From Chlamydiota bacterium (GTDB taxonomy: Bacteria; Auribacterota; JACPWU01): a stretch of DNA of 64,000 bases. The notes beneath the pieces were generated by a model. It had not been told where the DNA came from. It was given only the letters and a program-made list of their open reading frames with translations, and searched no databases. Both the position numbers and the translations under genes were made by a program. Location of the stretch: assembly GCA_016196885.1 (NCBI GenBank), contig JACPWU010000002.1:22358-86357 (forward strand). The letters are read 5' to 3'. The first letter of the stretch is position 1; each line of letters opens with the position of its first letter. Positions 28,701 to 38,751 of this stretch are shown piece by piece.

Positions 28701-29726
28701 ATGCGAGTCGGGCTGACATACAATCTCAAAGAAAATGCCAGTCTAGCAGATGAACATTCTGCAGAATGGGACTTACCTGAAACCATTGACGCCATCGCGA
28801 ATGCTCTTTCCCGCGAGCATGAGGTCATTTGGGTTTTGGCGGATGCCGATGCCTATGAGAAGTTGAGACATTCTCGGGCAGACATCGTGTTCAATGTTGC
28901 GGAAGGAAAAGACGGCCCCAATCGAGAAGCACATTTACCTGCCATTTTAGAATTCTTGAGAATTCCATACACAGGTTCTGACTCTTTGACTTTGAGTCTT
29001 TGTCTCAACAAGGCTCGGACCAAGGAAATTCTTTTCTATCACGGGATTCCCACACCTGATTTCCAAGTTTTTCACGCCTCCAATGAACCTCTCGTCTTGA
29101 CCGATTATCCAATGCTGGTGAAGCCGTTATGGGAAGGTTCGAGCATTGGAATTCATGACAATGTCTGGGTTGAAAATGAGAAGGAACTTCGTTCAAAAAT
29201 GAAGGGGATCATTGTTCAACATCATCAACCTGCGATTGTTGAAGAAGCCTTGACGGGAAGAGAGTTCACCGTGGCTCTTTTGGGAAATGGAACTCAGTTG
29301 AAGGTGTTGCCTTTGGTTGAAGTGATGTTGGATGCATTGCCCCATGAGGCCCATCCGCTTTATTCTTATGAGGCGAAATGGATTTGGGACACCCCTGAAA
29401 AGCCTTTGGATATTTTTCATTGTCCGGCCCAGGTGGAGGATGTTTTAAAGGGAAAAATAGAAGGAATTGCCAAGGCCGCTTTTAGAGCCTTGGGGTGCCG
29501 TGATTGGTGCCGGATCGATGTTCGGTTGGACCGAGAGGGAAATCCCTCCATCCTAGAGGTGAACCCGCTCCCGGGCATTTTACCCAATCCTCGTCAAAAT
29601 TCTTGTTTTCCAAAAGCGGCTCGGGCGGCTGGGATGGATTATCCCGAAATGGTTCTTTCCATTTTGGGGGCGGCGCTGGAGCGCTGTGGAATGTTAGAAT
29701 CTGTGGGGAGTTCGAAAAGGCGTTAG
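28701..29726 (+). CDS. D-alanine--D-alanine ligase-family ATP-grasp enzyme (paralog A)
   Basis: 341 aa; ADIVFNVAEGKDGPNREAHLPAILEFLRIPYTGSDSLTLSLCLNKARTKEIL matches the Ddl N-terminal/central-domain consensus. Confidence 0.7.
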   Translation: MRVGLTYNLKENASLADEHSAEWDLPETIDAIANALSREHEVIWVLADADAYEKLRHSRADIVFNVAEGKDGPNREAHLPAILEFLRIPYTGSDSLTLSLCLNKARTKEILFYHGIPTPDFQVFHASNEPLVLTDYPMLVKPLWEGSSIGIHDNVWVENEKELRSKMKGIIVQHHQPAIVEEALTGREFTVALLGNGTQLKVLPLVEVMLDALPHEAHPLYSYEAKWIWDTPEKPLDIFHCPAQVEDVLKGKIEGIAKAAFRALGCRDWCRIDVRLDREGNPSILEVNPLPGILPNPRQNSCFPKAARAAGMDYPEMVLSILGAALERCGMLESVGSSKRR

Positions 29727-29896
29727 CCCGCATTTCTCATCAGATTTCGTCGCGAGAGCGTCGAGTCTGCCTTGGATGCGAGGAAGACGCTCCGTGCCAT
29801 GCGAGGCATACTTTACAGTATGTTGAGCGTGGCCGACCGAGTCTGCACGGAGAGACGAGGCGGAATCGGAGAAGAGCAGCAGAAATGTGATGAGAA

Positions 29897-30952
29897 ATGT
29901 GGGCTAGCATGAAAAAAATTATCATTCTTTATGATGCCACTCCAGGCTTCCAGCTAGATCCGGAGGCAAAAAAGGCCTTGGATGTTTTTAGGGATGTTGA
30001 AAAAATAGGATGTATTTTGAAAAAACAGGGCTTTCAAATTCAAACCTTGGGGTTGGACTTTCCGATCATTCGTAAGATTCAAGAATTGGTAAACACCGAT
30101 GTGGATTTGGTTTTTAACCTTTGTGAGGGATTGGGGGATGAGAGTGCCTATGAAATTCATGTGGCCTCTTTGTTAGAATTGATGAAAGTTCCCTTTACAG
30201 GATCGGGTTCTCTCAGCCTCGCCTTCTGTCACAACAAGGCGATTGCGAAGGCCCTCTTGAATATGCATGGCATGCCGACGCCGAATTATATTTTAGTTGA
30301 AGCAGGGGATCCCATCTCTAAACAAGGATTGGAATATCCTTTGATTGTGAAGCCAGTACATGAGGACGGGAGTTTTGGAATTGATGAAGATTCAGTGGTG
30401 CACCATGATGGGCCCCTGAAGAAAAAGGTTTCTTTTATTCATGAATTTTTTCGGCAGCCCGCTATTGTGGAAGAATTCATTGATGGCCGAGAGTTTAACG
30501 TTTCGATTTTGGGAAATGATCCTTTGGAAATGGTGAAGGTTCGTGAAATTTGTTTTTCCTCAAGGTACGAGCCTCGCATTGTGAGTTTTGATGCAAAGTG
30601 GAAAAAATCAAGCCGTGCCTTTCGCGCCACGAGGCCTTGTCGGGTGGAGGATCTTCCACAAGGGGTTAAGGAAAAGATGATACAGGTTGCGATTCGATGC
30701 CACGAGATTTTTAAAATGAAGGATTATGGACGAATTGATTTTCGATTGGGGAAAAGCGAGATTCCTTATGTCATTGATTTAAATCCCAATCCCTGTATTT
30801 CAGCTGATTCGGGAATGGCCTTGGCAGCCGTTGAGGATGGGATTTTATATGAAGAACTTATCGGAAAAATCGCAAGCCTTGCCTTGTCTCGAGAAAATGG
30901 GAAAGGTCTTCAGGGTTCGGGAAGCAACTCCATCGGATCGAGAGAGGATTGA
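29897..30952 (+). CDS. D-alanine--D-alanine ligase-family ATP-grasp enzyme (paralog B)
   Basis: 351 aa; VDLVFNLCEGLGDESAYEIHVASLLELMKVPFTGSGSLSLAFCHNKAIAKALL. Confidence 0.7.
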   Translation: MWASMKKIIILYDATPGFQLDPEAKKALDVFRDVEKIGCILKKQGFQIQTLGLDFPIIRKIQELVNTDVDLVFNLCEGLGDESAYEIHVASLLELMKVPFTGSGSLSLAFCHNKAIAKALLNMHGMPTPNYILVEAGDPISKQGLEYPLIVKPVHEDGSFGIDEDSVVHHDGPLKKKVSFIHEFFRQPAIVEEFIDGREFNVSILGNDPLEMVKVREICFSSRYEPRIVSFDAKWKKSSRAFRATRPCRVEDLPQGVKEKMIQVAIRCHEIFKMKDYGRIDFRLGKSEIPYVIDLNPNPCISADSGMALAAVEDGILYEELIGKIASLALSRENGKGLQGSGSNSIGSRED

Positions 30953-31385
30953 GGAGATTCTCAAGGCGTCAAAAGTTTTTAGCCAAGCCGAGGTTGCTTG
31001 TGCCCTTTCTCTTTTCGAGATTTATCTGGAGAGAGGAGGAGCGGATGAGTATGTTTTTTGCTGTGCCTGCGATGAGGCAGATGTTGTTCAGGGATTGATT
31101 TGCTATGGGAAGGCTTCTCTGACGGATGCAGTTTATGATCTTTATTGGGTGGTGACGCATCCAGTCCATCAGGGAAGAGGGATCGGGAGCTTGCTCATGG
31201 AAGAACTGGACCATCGCCTGAAAATTTTAGAGGCTAGAATGATTTTAGCTGAGACTTCTTCGAGGGCTGATTACGAGAAGTCTCGGGCGTTCTACCGTGC
31301 CCATGGGTATGAGCTTGTTTCGACGATTCAAGATTATTATGCGTTGGGAGAAGATTTGGTTGTTTTTGGGAAAAGATATCCTTAA
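30897..31385 (+). CDS. GNAT-family N-acetyltransferase (possible beta-lysine N-acetyltransferase, AblB-like)
   Basis: GNAT motif A HPVHQGRGIGSLLMEEL. Start at ATG 30897 (ORF track 30831) overlaps the previous gene by about 56 nt in another frame. Confidence 0.65.
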   Translation: MGKVFRVREATPSDRERIEEILKASKVFSQAEVACALSLFEIYLERGGADEYVFCCACDEADVVQGLICYGKASLTDAVYDLYWVVTHPVHQGRGIGSLLMEELDHRLKILEARMILAETSSRADYEKSRAFYRAHGYELVSTIQDYYALGEDLVVFGKRYP

Positions 31386-31430
31386 GACTGTTATTCGTAC
31401 TTCGTTTTAAAAGAAATAAAGGAGGATTTT

Positions 31431-32678
31431 TTGAACAATCGCGTTCAAGAAATTTTAAAGGCGACATCTCAAGAATGGAACGATTGGCATTGGCAGATGC
31501 GTCATCGCATCTTGAGCGTGGACGATTTAGAAAAATTGATTCAACTATCTGAAGAAGAAGAAAAAGGAATTGAGTGGGCTTCTCATCAGAGAAGCCTCCC
31601 CTTGGCCGTCACCCCTTTTTTTGTCTCTCTGATGGATCCTGAGAACTTCGATTGCCCGGTTCGAAAACAGGTCATTTGTAGGCAAGAGGAATCCCTGGAT
31701 GCCCTTTTTGACATGCAGGATCCTTGCGGGGAAGATTCTCACAGCCCTGTTCCCAATTTGGTGCATCGTTATCCAGACCGGGTGCTTCTGATTGCAACGG
31801 ATCGTTGTCTTTCTTATTGCAGGTATTGTACGCGCAAGAGAATTGTGGGAAGTGGAGAGGTGGGTCTCTCCACAGAGAAATTGGACAAGATTTGCGATTA
31901 TTTGGAGTGCACACCGCAGGTGAGAGATGTTCTCATTTCAGGGGGGGATCCTTTGATTCTTTCAGATGAAAGAATTGATTATCTCTTGGGGCGTCTTCGG
32001 AAAATCAAGCACTTGGAAATTTTAAGAATTGGAACGCGAGGCCCTGTTTTTCTTCCGCAGAGGATTACTCCGGACTTGGTCTCTATCTTAAGAAAATACC
32101 ATCCTTTTATGATGAGCATTCATGTGAATCATCCAAAGGAATTGGCGCCTGAGGTGTCGCGTGCCTTAGAAATGCTGGCGGATGGAGGGATTCCCTTGGG
32201 GAGCCAAACCGTTTTGCTCAAGGGCGTGAATGATGACCCAGACGTTGTGATGAAATTGTGCCATGAACTTTTAAAGGTCAGGGTGCGGCCTTATTATCTT
32301 TACCAGTGCGATCCTGTCTTTGGGACAGAGCATTTTCGGACCTCTGTGGATGTGGGGGTGAAGATCATCGAGAAGATGAGGGGCCATACCACTGGTTATG
32401 CCGTTCCCACTTTTGTGGTGGATGCCCCCGGAGGGGGAGGGAAAATTCCTATCTCTCCCAATTATCTGGTTTCCAATGTTCGAGGGAAAACCATTTTGCG
32501 CAATTACGAGAATAAAATTTTTGAATATCATGATCCTTTGGAAATTGGGGCTAAAAAGAGACGGTCGAGGGCGAAGACATGGACTTCTTTACAAATGACA
32601 TTGCCTCTTAAAGTAGAATCTTTCACTCCTTCCGAGCCCTTTGTTCAGCCTAAAAAGGCCAAGAGCGCCATTCGTTAA
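31431..32678 (+). CDS. kamA: Lysine 2,3-aminomutase (radical SAM, KamA/AblA family, full-length type)
   Basis: 415 aa; HRYPDRVLLIATDRCLSYCRYCTRKR (CxxxCxxC), plus SGGDPL and C-terminal domain. Length matches KamA rather than short EpmB. Confidence 0.85.
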   Translation: MNNRVQEILKATSQEWNDWHWQMRHRILSVDDLEKLIQLSEEEEKGIEWASHQRSLPLAVTPFFVSLMDPENFDCPVRKQVICRQEESLDALFDMQDPCGEDSHSPVPNLVHRYPDRVLLIATDRCLSYCRYCTRKRIVGSGEVGLSTEKLDKICDYLECTPQVRDVLISGGDPLILSDERIDYLLGRLRKIKHLEILRIGTRGPVFLPQRITPDLVSILRKYHPFMMSIHVNHPKELAPEVSRALEMLADGGIPLGSQTVLLKGVNDDPDVVMKLCHELLKVRVRPYYLYQCDPVFGTEHFRTSVDVGVKIIEKMRGHTTGYAVPTFVVDAPGGGGKIPISPNYLVSNVRGKTILRNYENKIFEYHDPLEIGAKKRRSRAKTWTSLQMTLPLKVESFTPSEPFVQPKKAKSAIR

Positions 32679-32711
32679 ACATTTTCTTCTCGACCTTACC
32701 TTCGGATCATC

Positions 32712-33629
32712 TTGAAAGGGGGGTTTTCTGTGCAAAAAATAGACTTTGGTATTGCCTGGGAGTGGGAATACGATGGAGATTTTATTCGGCTTTTAGAGGC
32801 CGAGTGTGAAAGGCAAGGTTTGAGTGTTTGGGTCGTCCATCCCAAGAATTTTGATGCGGTTCATGAAAAGATAGAGAGAAAAGAAATTTCTTTGAGTGCC
32901 TATTTGGATCGCGCGGGCGATGTCTTGGAGCGCTTTGCCCGATTTGCGGAAGGCCTCAGGGCTCAAGGCGCCTGGGTTCTCAATCCATTCTCGCATGTTG
33001 AAAGGTCGAGAGACAAGGCCACGATGCATTTAGAATTTCTCACCAAGGGTCTTCAAGTTCCTTTTACAGTGATTCTTTCCCCTTATGACAAAGACCCCGA
33101 ACTGAGGTTCAGCGAACTTGAGAAATTGGGCCGTCCTTTTATCATCAAACCTGCTTGTGGGGGAGGAGGCTTGGGCGTGGTGATGGGTGCTGAAAATTTG
33201 TTGGATGTAATTGAGGCCCGGAAGGAATACCGCGCCGATAAATATTTGCTTCAGAAGAAGATTATTCCAAAGTGTTTTGGGCTCCGGCGAGCTTGGTTTC
33301 GCTCCTTTTATGTGTGTGGGAAGGTCATTTCCTGCTGGTGGAATGATGAGACGCATCTCTACGACGTTTTGACGGATGAAGAAAAAGAACTTTATCACTT
33401 GGTAAAATTAAAAAATGTGACCCGCTCTATTGCAGAGGTATGCGAGTTAAATTTTTTTTCAACCGAGATCGCTATTGACGAGGAGGAAAAATTCGTGGTG
33501 GTGGATTATGTGAATGAGCCTTGTGACATGAGAATGAAGTCTGTTCATCGGGATGGTGTTCCAGATGAAGTGGTTCAAGAGATTGTGCAAGCCTTGGTAG
33601 AAGGGGTCAAAAAGACAGTTATAAGTTGA
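32712..33629 (+). CDS. ATP-grasp domain protein (RimK/GSH-synthetase-like)
   Basis: 305 aa; FIIKPACGGGGLGVVMG ATP-grasp glycine-rich loop. Confidence 0.6.
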   Translation: MKGGFSVQKIDFGIAWEWEYDGDFIRLLEAECERQGLSVWVVHPKNFDAVHEKIERKEISLSAYLDRAGDVLERFARFAEGLRAQGAWVLNPFSHVERSRDKATMHLEFLTKGLQVPFTVILSPYDKDPELRFSELEKLGRPFIIKPACGGGGLGVVMGAENLLDVIEARKEYRADKYLLQKKIIPKCFGLRRAWFRSFYVCGKVISCWWNDETHLYDVLTDEEKELYHLVKLKNVTRSIAEVCELNFFSTEIAIDEEEKFVVVDYVNEPCDMRMKSVHRDGVPDEVVQEIVQALVEGVKKTVIS

Positions 33630-33752
33630 GACCTCTGAAAAAGGTCCATCTGCTGCGTTGCCTGCTTCGCTCAGTCGTGCGGCGTACCGGAAAACGTACG
33701 CCTCCTCCTTCGCTTGCAGGCGCCTTGCATCTGGGACCTTTTTGAGAGGTCT
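33628..33752. repeat. Long GC-rich imperfect hairpin flanked by a 20-nt perfect inverted repeat (gagacctctgaaaaaggtcc / ggacctttttgagaggtctc)
   Basis: Sits between convergent gene ends (ATP-grasp + strand, ftsB - strand). Candidate bidirectional terminator or MITE-like. Confidence 0.5.
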
Positions 33753-33832
33753 CTAGAAGTTGGGGTTTTTCAGAGGTTTCAAGTTGTAAGTTTTAAGTTT
33801 AAAGGAGTTTATTTTCACTTAAAATTTACAAC

Positions 33833-34126
33833 CTATAACTGGTTTTTCTCTTTCTCCTCATCAAATTTGTATATGATTTCCTTCGGTTTAGACATCCCGA
33901 GTTCTTCTCTCGCGACTTTTTCAACGTAAAGGGGGTTGTTTTTTAATTTGAAAATTTCTTCTTGAAGGTTTTGGTTTCTAACTTGAAGTTGTTTAACCTC
34001 TTCATCCAACGCCTTCATCTGACGGTAGATTTGGGTCAGATGAAGAAAATTGGGTGAAAAAAGATAAATGAGGACAGAAAGAAGAGCGACAGAGAGAACA
34101 ATGGTTTTCCAACGATCAAGTCTCAT
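33833..34126 (-). CDS. ftsB: Septum formation initiator (FtsB/DivIC family)
   Basis: 97 aa; N-terminal TM then coiled coil (LDEEVKQLQVRNQNLQEEIFKLKNNPLYVEKVAREELGM). Confidence 0.65.
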   Translation of the reverse strand: MRLDRWKTIVLSVALLSVLIYLFSPNFLHLTQIYRQMKALDEEVKQLQVRNQNLQEEIFKLKNNPLYVEKVAREELGMSKPKEIIYKFDEEKEKNQL

Positions 34127-34132
34127 AGAAAA

Positions 34133-34220
34133 TAGCGTTCAGCGTACAGCGCTCAGCGGTCAGAAAAAAACTTGTTCTGTATAAACTGTACGCTATACGC
34201 TAAACGCTGTACGCTGTGTT
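34133..34220. repeat. CAGCGTACAGCG-family word hairpin, copy 4
   Basis: agcgttcagcgtacagcgctcagcggtcag...ctgtacgctatacgctaaacgctgtacgctg, between eno stop and ftsB start (minus strand). Confidence 0.55.
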
Positions 34221-34223
34221 TGA

Positions 34224-35561
<1,338 letters not shown>

Positions 35562-35580
35562 TTAAAAAAGTGGAGGTTGT

Positions 35581-37512
35581 TTGTACAATGGGTGCATGAA
35601 GAAAAATGCTAGAGAATATGGGACGTGGATAGGTCTTTCTTTTTTAATATTTCTCTATCTTACTTTTTATGGAATGATTTGTTTTCTCAAATACCATTCC
35701 TTTTCTTATCACGATTTTGATCTGGCCCATCACGCCCAAACGTTGTGGAATCTTTGCCATGGCTCGTGGCAATGTTCTATCTTGGGAATCCCGTTTTTGG
35801 GGAATCACGCCCACTGGATTCTATTTTTACTGGTTCCTTTTTATAAGGTCTGGTCTTCGCCTTTGCTACTTCTCTTTTTACAAACAGGGGCTCTCGGATT
35901 GGGTGCCTGGCCTTTTTTTCTCGTGGCACAAAAGTGGGTGGGGAACAGGGCCTCACTTTTCTTTGTCGCAATGTATCTTCTTTATCCCGCATTAGGTTAC
36001 GCCAATCTTTTTGAATTTCATCCGCCCGTTTTTGCAACGTTTTTTATATTTTGGACGGCTTGGGCCTATTTTGAAAAAAAGTTTTGGATTTATCATCTCT
36101 TTTTAATTTTGGCCTGTCTTTGTCAGGAAAATATCCTCTTGGGTTCTATCCTGTGGGGGCTGTACGCCCTTTTTCAAAAAAGGGGATGGCGATGGTTTGT
36201 TTTTTCAGTTTTATGGGGTGTCTTAGGCTTTTGGATTTCGACACAGGGGGTCATGACTTCTTTAAATGGAGGAAAGGTAGGTTTTGAAAATCTTTATCTT
36301 CATCTGGGACGAAATTTAGCAGAGGTTCTGTCAGCTTTTTTTCTCAAACCGAATGAGGTCTTAAAATTTTTTTTCCAGACAGATCATTTGAAATTCCTTG
36401 TTCAGCTTTTCGCCCCTCTTTTCTTTCTCTCTTTCCTGAGTCCGTCCATTTTATTCTTGGCCTTACCCTTTTTTCTCCAGCATCTCTTATCGGCGAGGAT
36501 TCAAGAACATTCCATTTACTATCATTACACCTTGGAAGTGATACCGTTCATTTTTTTATCTGCGGTGGCTGGTTTTTCCAAAATTCAACGACTGAATTTT
36601 TTTAAGAAGAAATGGGTTTTATTTATTTTGGGAGGGATGGGGGCCTTGTTCTATGAAAGTGTTTCGGGTCCTCTTCTTCCTACCCTCAGTCAAGCCCATC
36701 TCCTGAAAAGAGACGAGTTGGATCAAGTCAGAGAATCTCTTGTGAGTCAGGTGAAAAATCAATCCGTGATGGCGACATTTGAGTTTCTTTCGCATTTGGC
36801 GAATCGGCGAGAGCTTTATTCTTTTCATCATTTGTATTCTGGAAAATACACCTTGAGTGATCACGCTTATGAAATTCCATCTCATTTGGATGCCCTTTTA
36901 GTGGATTTTACCGATCCCTTGACCTTTGGCTCTTTTGATTCTCCTCAAGGGGGACGCCGACTGAGAAGCTTTTTGAAAGGGGGGGGATGGCAGGCAGATA
37001 GGGTGATTGAAAATATGGTTCTTTTTCGGCCGCATGTGATTCACCCTATCAACCTTTTCCGAGAGTGGCCTAAAGTAGAAATTTCTGAAAAACCGATTGC
37101 AATTTTTAATCGAAATTTAGAGTGTCTTCGCGTGGAATTTGAGAAAAATGTTGTTGCCAGGGGAGAAACGCTTCAGATTTCTTTCCTCTGGCGAGCGTTA
37201 AAGAAAATTCCAGAAGACGATTATCTTTGTCTTTTCTTGTCCGATGCCTCGGGACATGAAATTTGGCAGGTGATTCATCCCTTTTGCTATCGCATGGATC
37301 CTACCTTTGATTGGAGTGAGGGAGAGATTGTTCAGGAAAATTTATTTCTTTTGATTCCTCAAGGGGCTTTGCCGGGTCGCTACGTTTTGACAGGTTTTGT
37401 TTTTGATCGGAGGGATCGAAAAATTTTGAAAGTGGAAGCAGAACCTAGAAGAAAGAAGAAAGGAAACAGGGTTTTTTGGGGAACCTTTTCCATTGATCGA
37501 TCGTGTATTTAA
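35581..37512 (+). CDS. Polytopic integral membrane protein (DUF2079-like; N-terminal multi-TM domain plus C-terminal soluble domain)
   Basis: 643 aa, at least 10 predicted TM helices by eye. Family label tentative. Confidence 0.45.
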   Translation: MYNGCMKKNAREYGTWIGLSFLIFLYLTFYGMICFLKYHSFSYHDFDLAHHAQTLWNLCHGSWQCSILGIPFLGNHAHWILFLLVPFYKVWSSPLLLLFLQTGALGLGAWPFFLVAQKWVGNRASLFFVAMYLLYPALGYANLFEFHPPVFATFFIFWTAWAYFEKKFWIYHLFLILACLCQENILLGSILWGLYALFQKRGWRWFVFSVLWGVLGFWISTQGVMTSLNGGKVGFENLYLHLGRNLAEVLSAFFLKPNEVLKFFFQTDHLKFLVQLFAPLFFLSFLSPSILFLALPFFLQHLLSARIQEHSIYYHYTLEVIPFIFLSAVAGFSKIQRLNFFKKKWVLFILGGMGALFYESVSGPLLPTLSQAHLLKRDELDQVRESLVSQVKNQSVMATFEFLSHLANRRELYSFHHLYSGKYTLSDHAYEIPSHLDALLVDFTDPLTFGSFDSPQGGRRLRSFLKGGGWQADRVIENMVLFRPHVIHPINLFREWPKVEISEKPIAIFNRNLECLRVEFEKNVVARGETLQISFLWRALKKIPEDDYLCLFLSDASGHEIWQVIHPFCYRMDPTFDWSEGEIVQENLFLLIPQGALPGRYVLTGFVFDRRDRKILKVEAEPRRKKKGNRVFWGTFSIDRSCI

Positions 37513-37676
37513 AAGTGTGTCCTTTTAAGAGGAGGCGGGTCCTGTCCCTCCTCACCCCCGCTGACGGCATCGGTCTCGGTTTGGTTCTTGAAGAGTCATT
37601 TTCAAGTCTCGACCTGCTGGCGATCAGCGGGAGGCCCCCAGTCGGGCCACCCGCATCAATAAAAGGACACACTTTT
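37511..37676. repeat. R1 repeat element, copy A (MITE-like; TIR aaaagtgtgtcctttt / aaaaggacacactttt)
   Basis: Begins at the stop codon of the upstream gene. Conserved ends CCTGyCCCTCCTCACCC ... CCTGCTGGCG ... GGGrGrCCCCCAGTCGGGyCACCC shared with copies at 38.6 and 43.5 kb. Confidence 0.6.
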
Positions 37677-37741
37677 AAATACAGCATCCATTGATCTAGC
37701 CGTGTAGATTTAATTGACGCAAGGGCAAAAAGTTATGTAAA

Positions 37742-38536
37742 ATGATATCTGTCGAGATCTTCAATGAAAGGAGGCCTTTCGTGAATCTCCAACTTGCTTT
37801 AAGTTTTCCCTTTAAGGATTCAAATTGGGTGTTGAAGTTGTTGATCGGGGGTGTCTTGTCTTTGATTGGACTCTTGCCCATGGCGTTTGGGATTTTAGGG
37901 GTCGAGAGTGTTTTTTTCAGACTTCTCACTTATGTTTTATTTTTCGGGCTTTTTGTTCTTTTCTTAGGGCCGTTGGGATACGGTTTTTCCATTCTTAAAA
38001 GTGCCGAAGAGGGACAATCCCCTTCTCTTCCAGAGTGGAAGGATTGGGGAGTTATTTTTAAAAATGGTTTGATGGTCTTGGGTGTTTGCTTGGCTTATGG
38101 TGTCATTATCTGGGTTTTGGCCTGGCTGGTGGGAATTTTGAGTACACGCATCCCTGTCTTTGGCTCGATTCTCTCGCTCTTGCAAATTGTGATAGGTTTT
38201 CTAACGCTTCTCATCGGGCCTGTGATTGCAATTGCGCTTTGCAAATTGGCTCAAACGGGTCAAATTGCTGCTTCTTTTAAATTTATGGAAGTGCTTTCCG
38301 AATTAAAATCCAAAGCGGCAGAATACATCAGTGTTTCTTTGATTCTGATCGGGATCAAAGAGGTGGTCAAGACTTGCTTGGGACTGAATCTTTATCAATA
38401 CATGATGGCCGCCCGCGTCTTTTGGAAACCTGCGGCGATGACTTTTCCCTTGGTGGCGTGGCTGACCCCCTTTGCCCTGTTTTGGATTCTGATTGTTTCG
38501 TTTCGGATGTATGGGGAGATTTACGGGAAAAAGTAG
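37742..38536 (+). CDS. Integral membrane protein (DUF4013-like)
   Basis: 264 aa, 5-6 TM helices; N-terminal FPFKDSNWVLKLLIGGVLSLIG. Tentative family. Confidence 0.45.
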   Translation: MISVEIFNERRPFVNLQLALSFPFKDSNWVLKLLIGGVLSLIGLLPMAFGILGVESVFFRLLTYVLFFGLFVLFLGPLGYGFSILKSAEEGQSPSLPEWKDWGVIFKNGLMVLGVCLAYGVIIWVLAWLVGILSTRIPVFGSILSLLQIVIGFLTLLIGPVIAIALCKLAQTGQIAASFKFMEVLSELKSKAAEYISVSLILIGIKEVVKTCLGLNLYQYMMAARVFWKPAAMTFPLVAWLTPFALFWILIVSFRMYGEIYGKK

Positions 38537-38599
38537 AGGGGTAAGAGAAAATTTATATTAGCAAGCGAGAACGATAGAATTGAGTTATTGAACGTCGCG

Positions 38600-38748
38600 G
38601 GGCCTGCCCCTCCTCACCCCCCCACCGGCGGCACAGAGGTTATAGCCCCTGTGGGGTCGGTGTCGGGAAAGTTTTGAGAATAAATATTTAGAGTCGGGGG
38701 CTCCACCTGCTGGCGTCCGGTGGGGGACCCCCAGTCGGGTCACCCGCT
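38600..38748. repeat. R1 repeat element, copy B
   Basis: ggcctgcccctcctcaccccc ... cacctgctggcgtccggtgggggacccccagtcgggtcacccgctcc. Immediately upstream of the nucleotide-sugar dehydrogenase start. Confidence 0.6.
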
Positions 38749-38751
38749 CCT

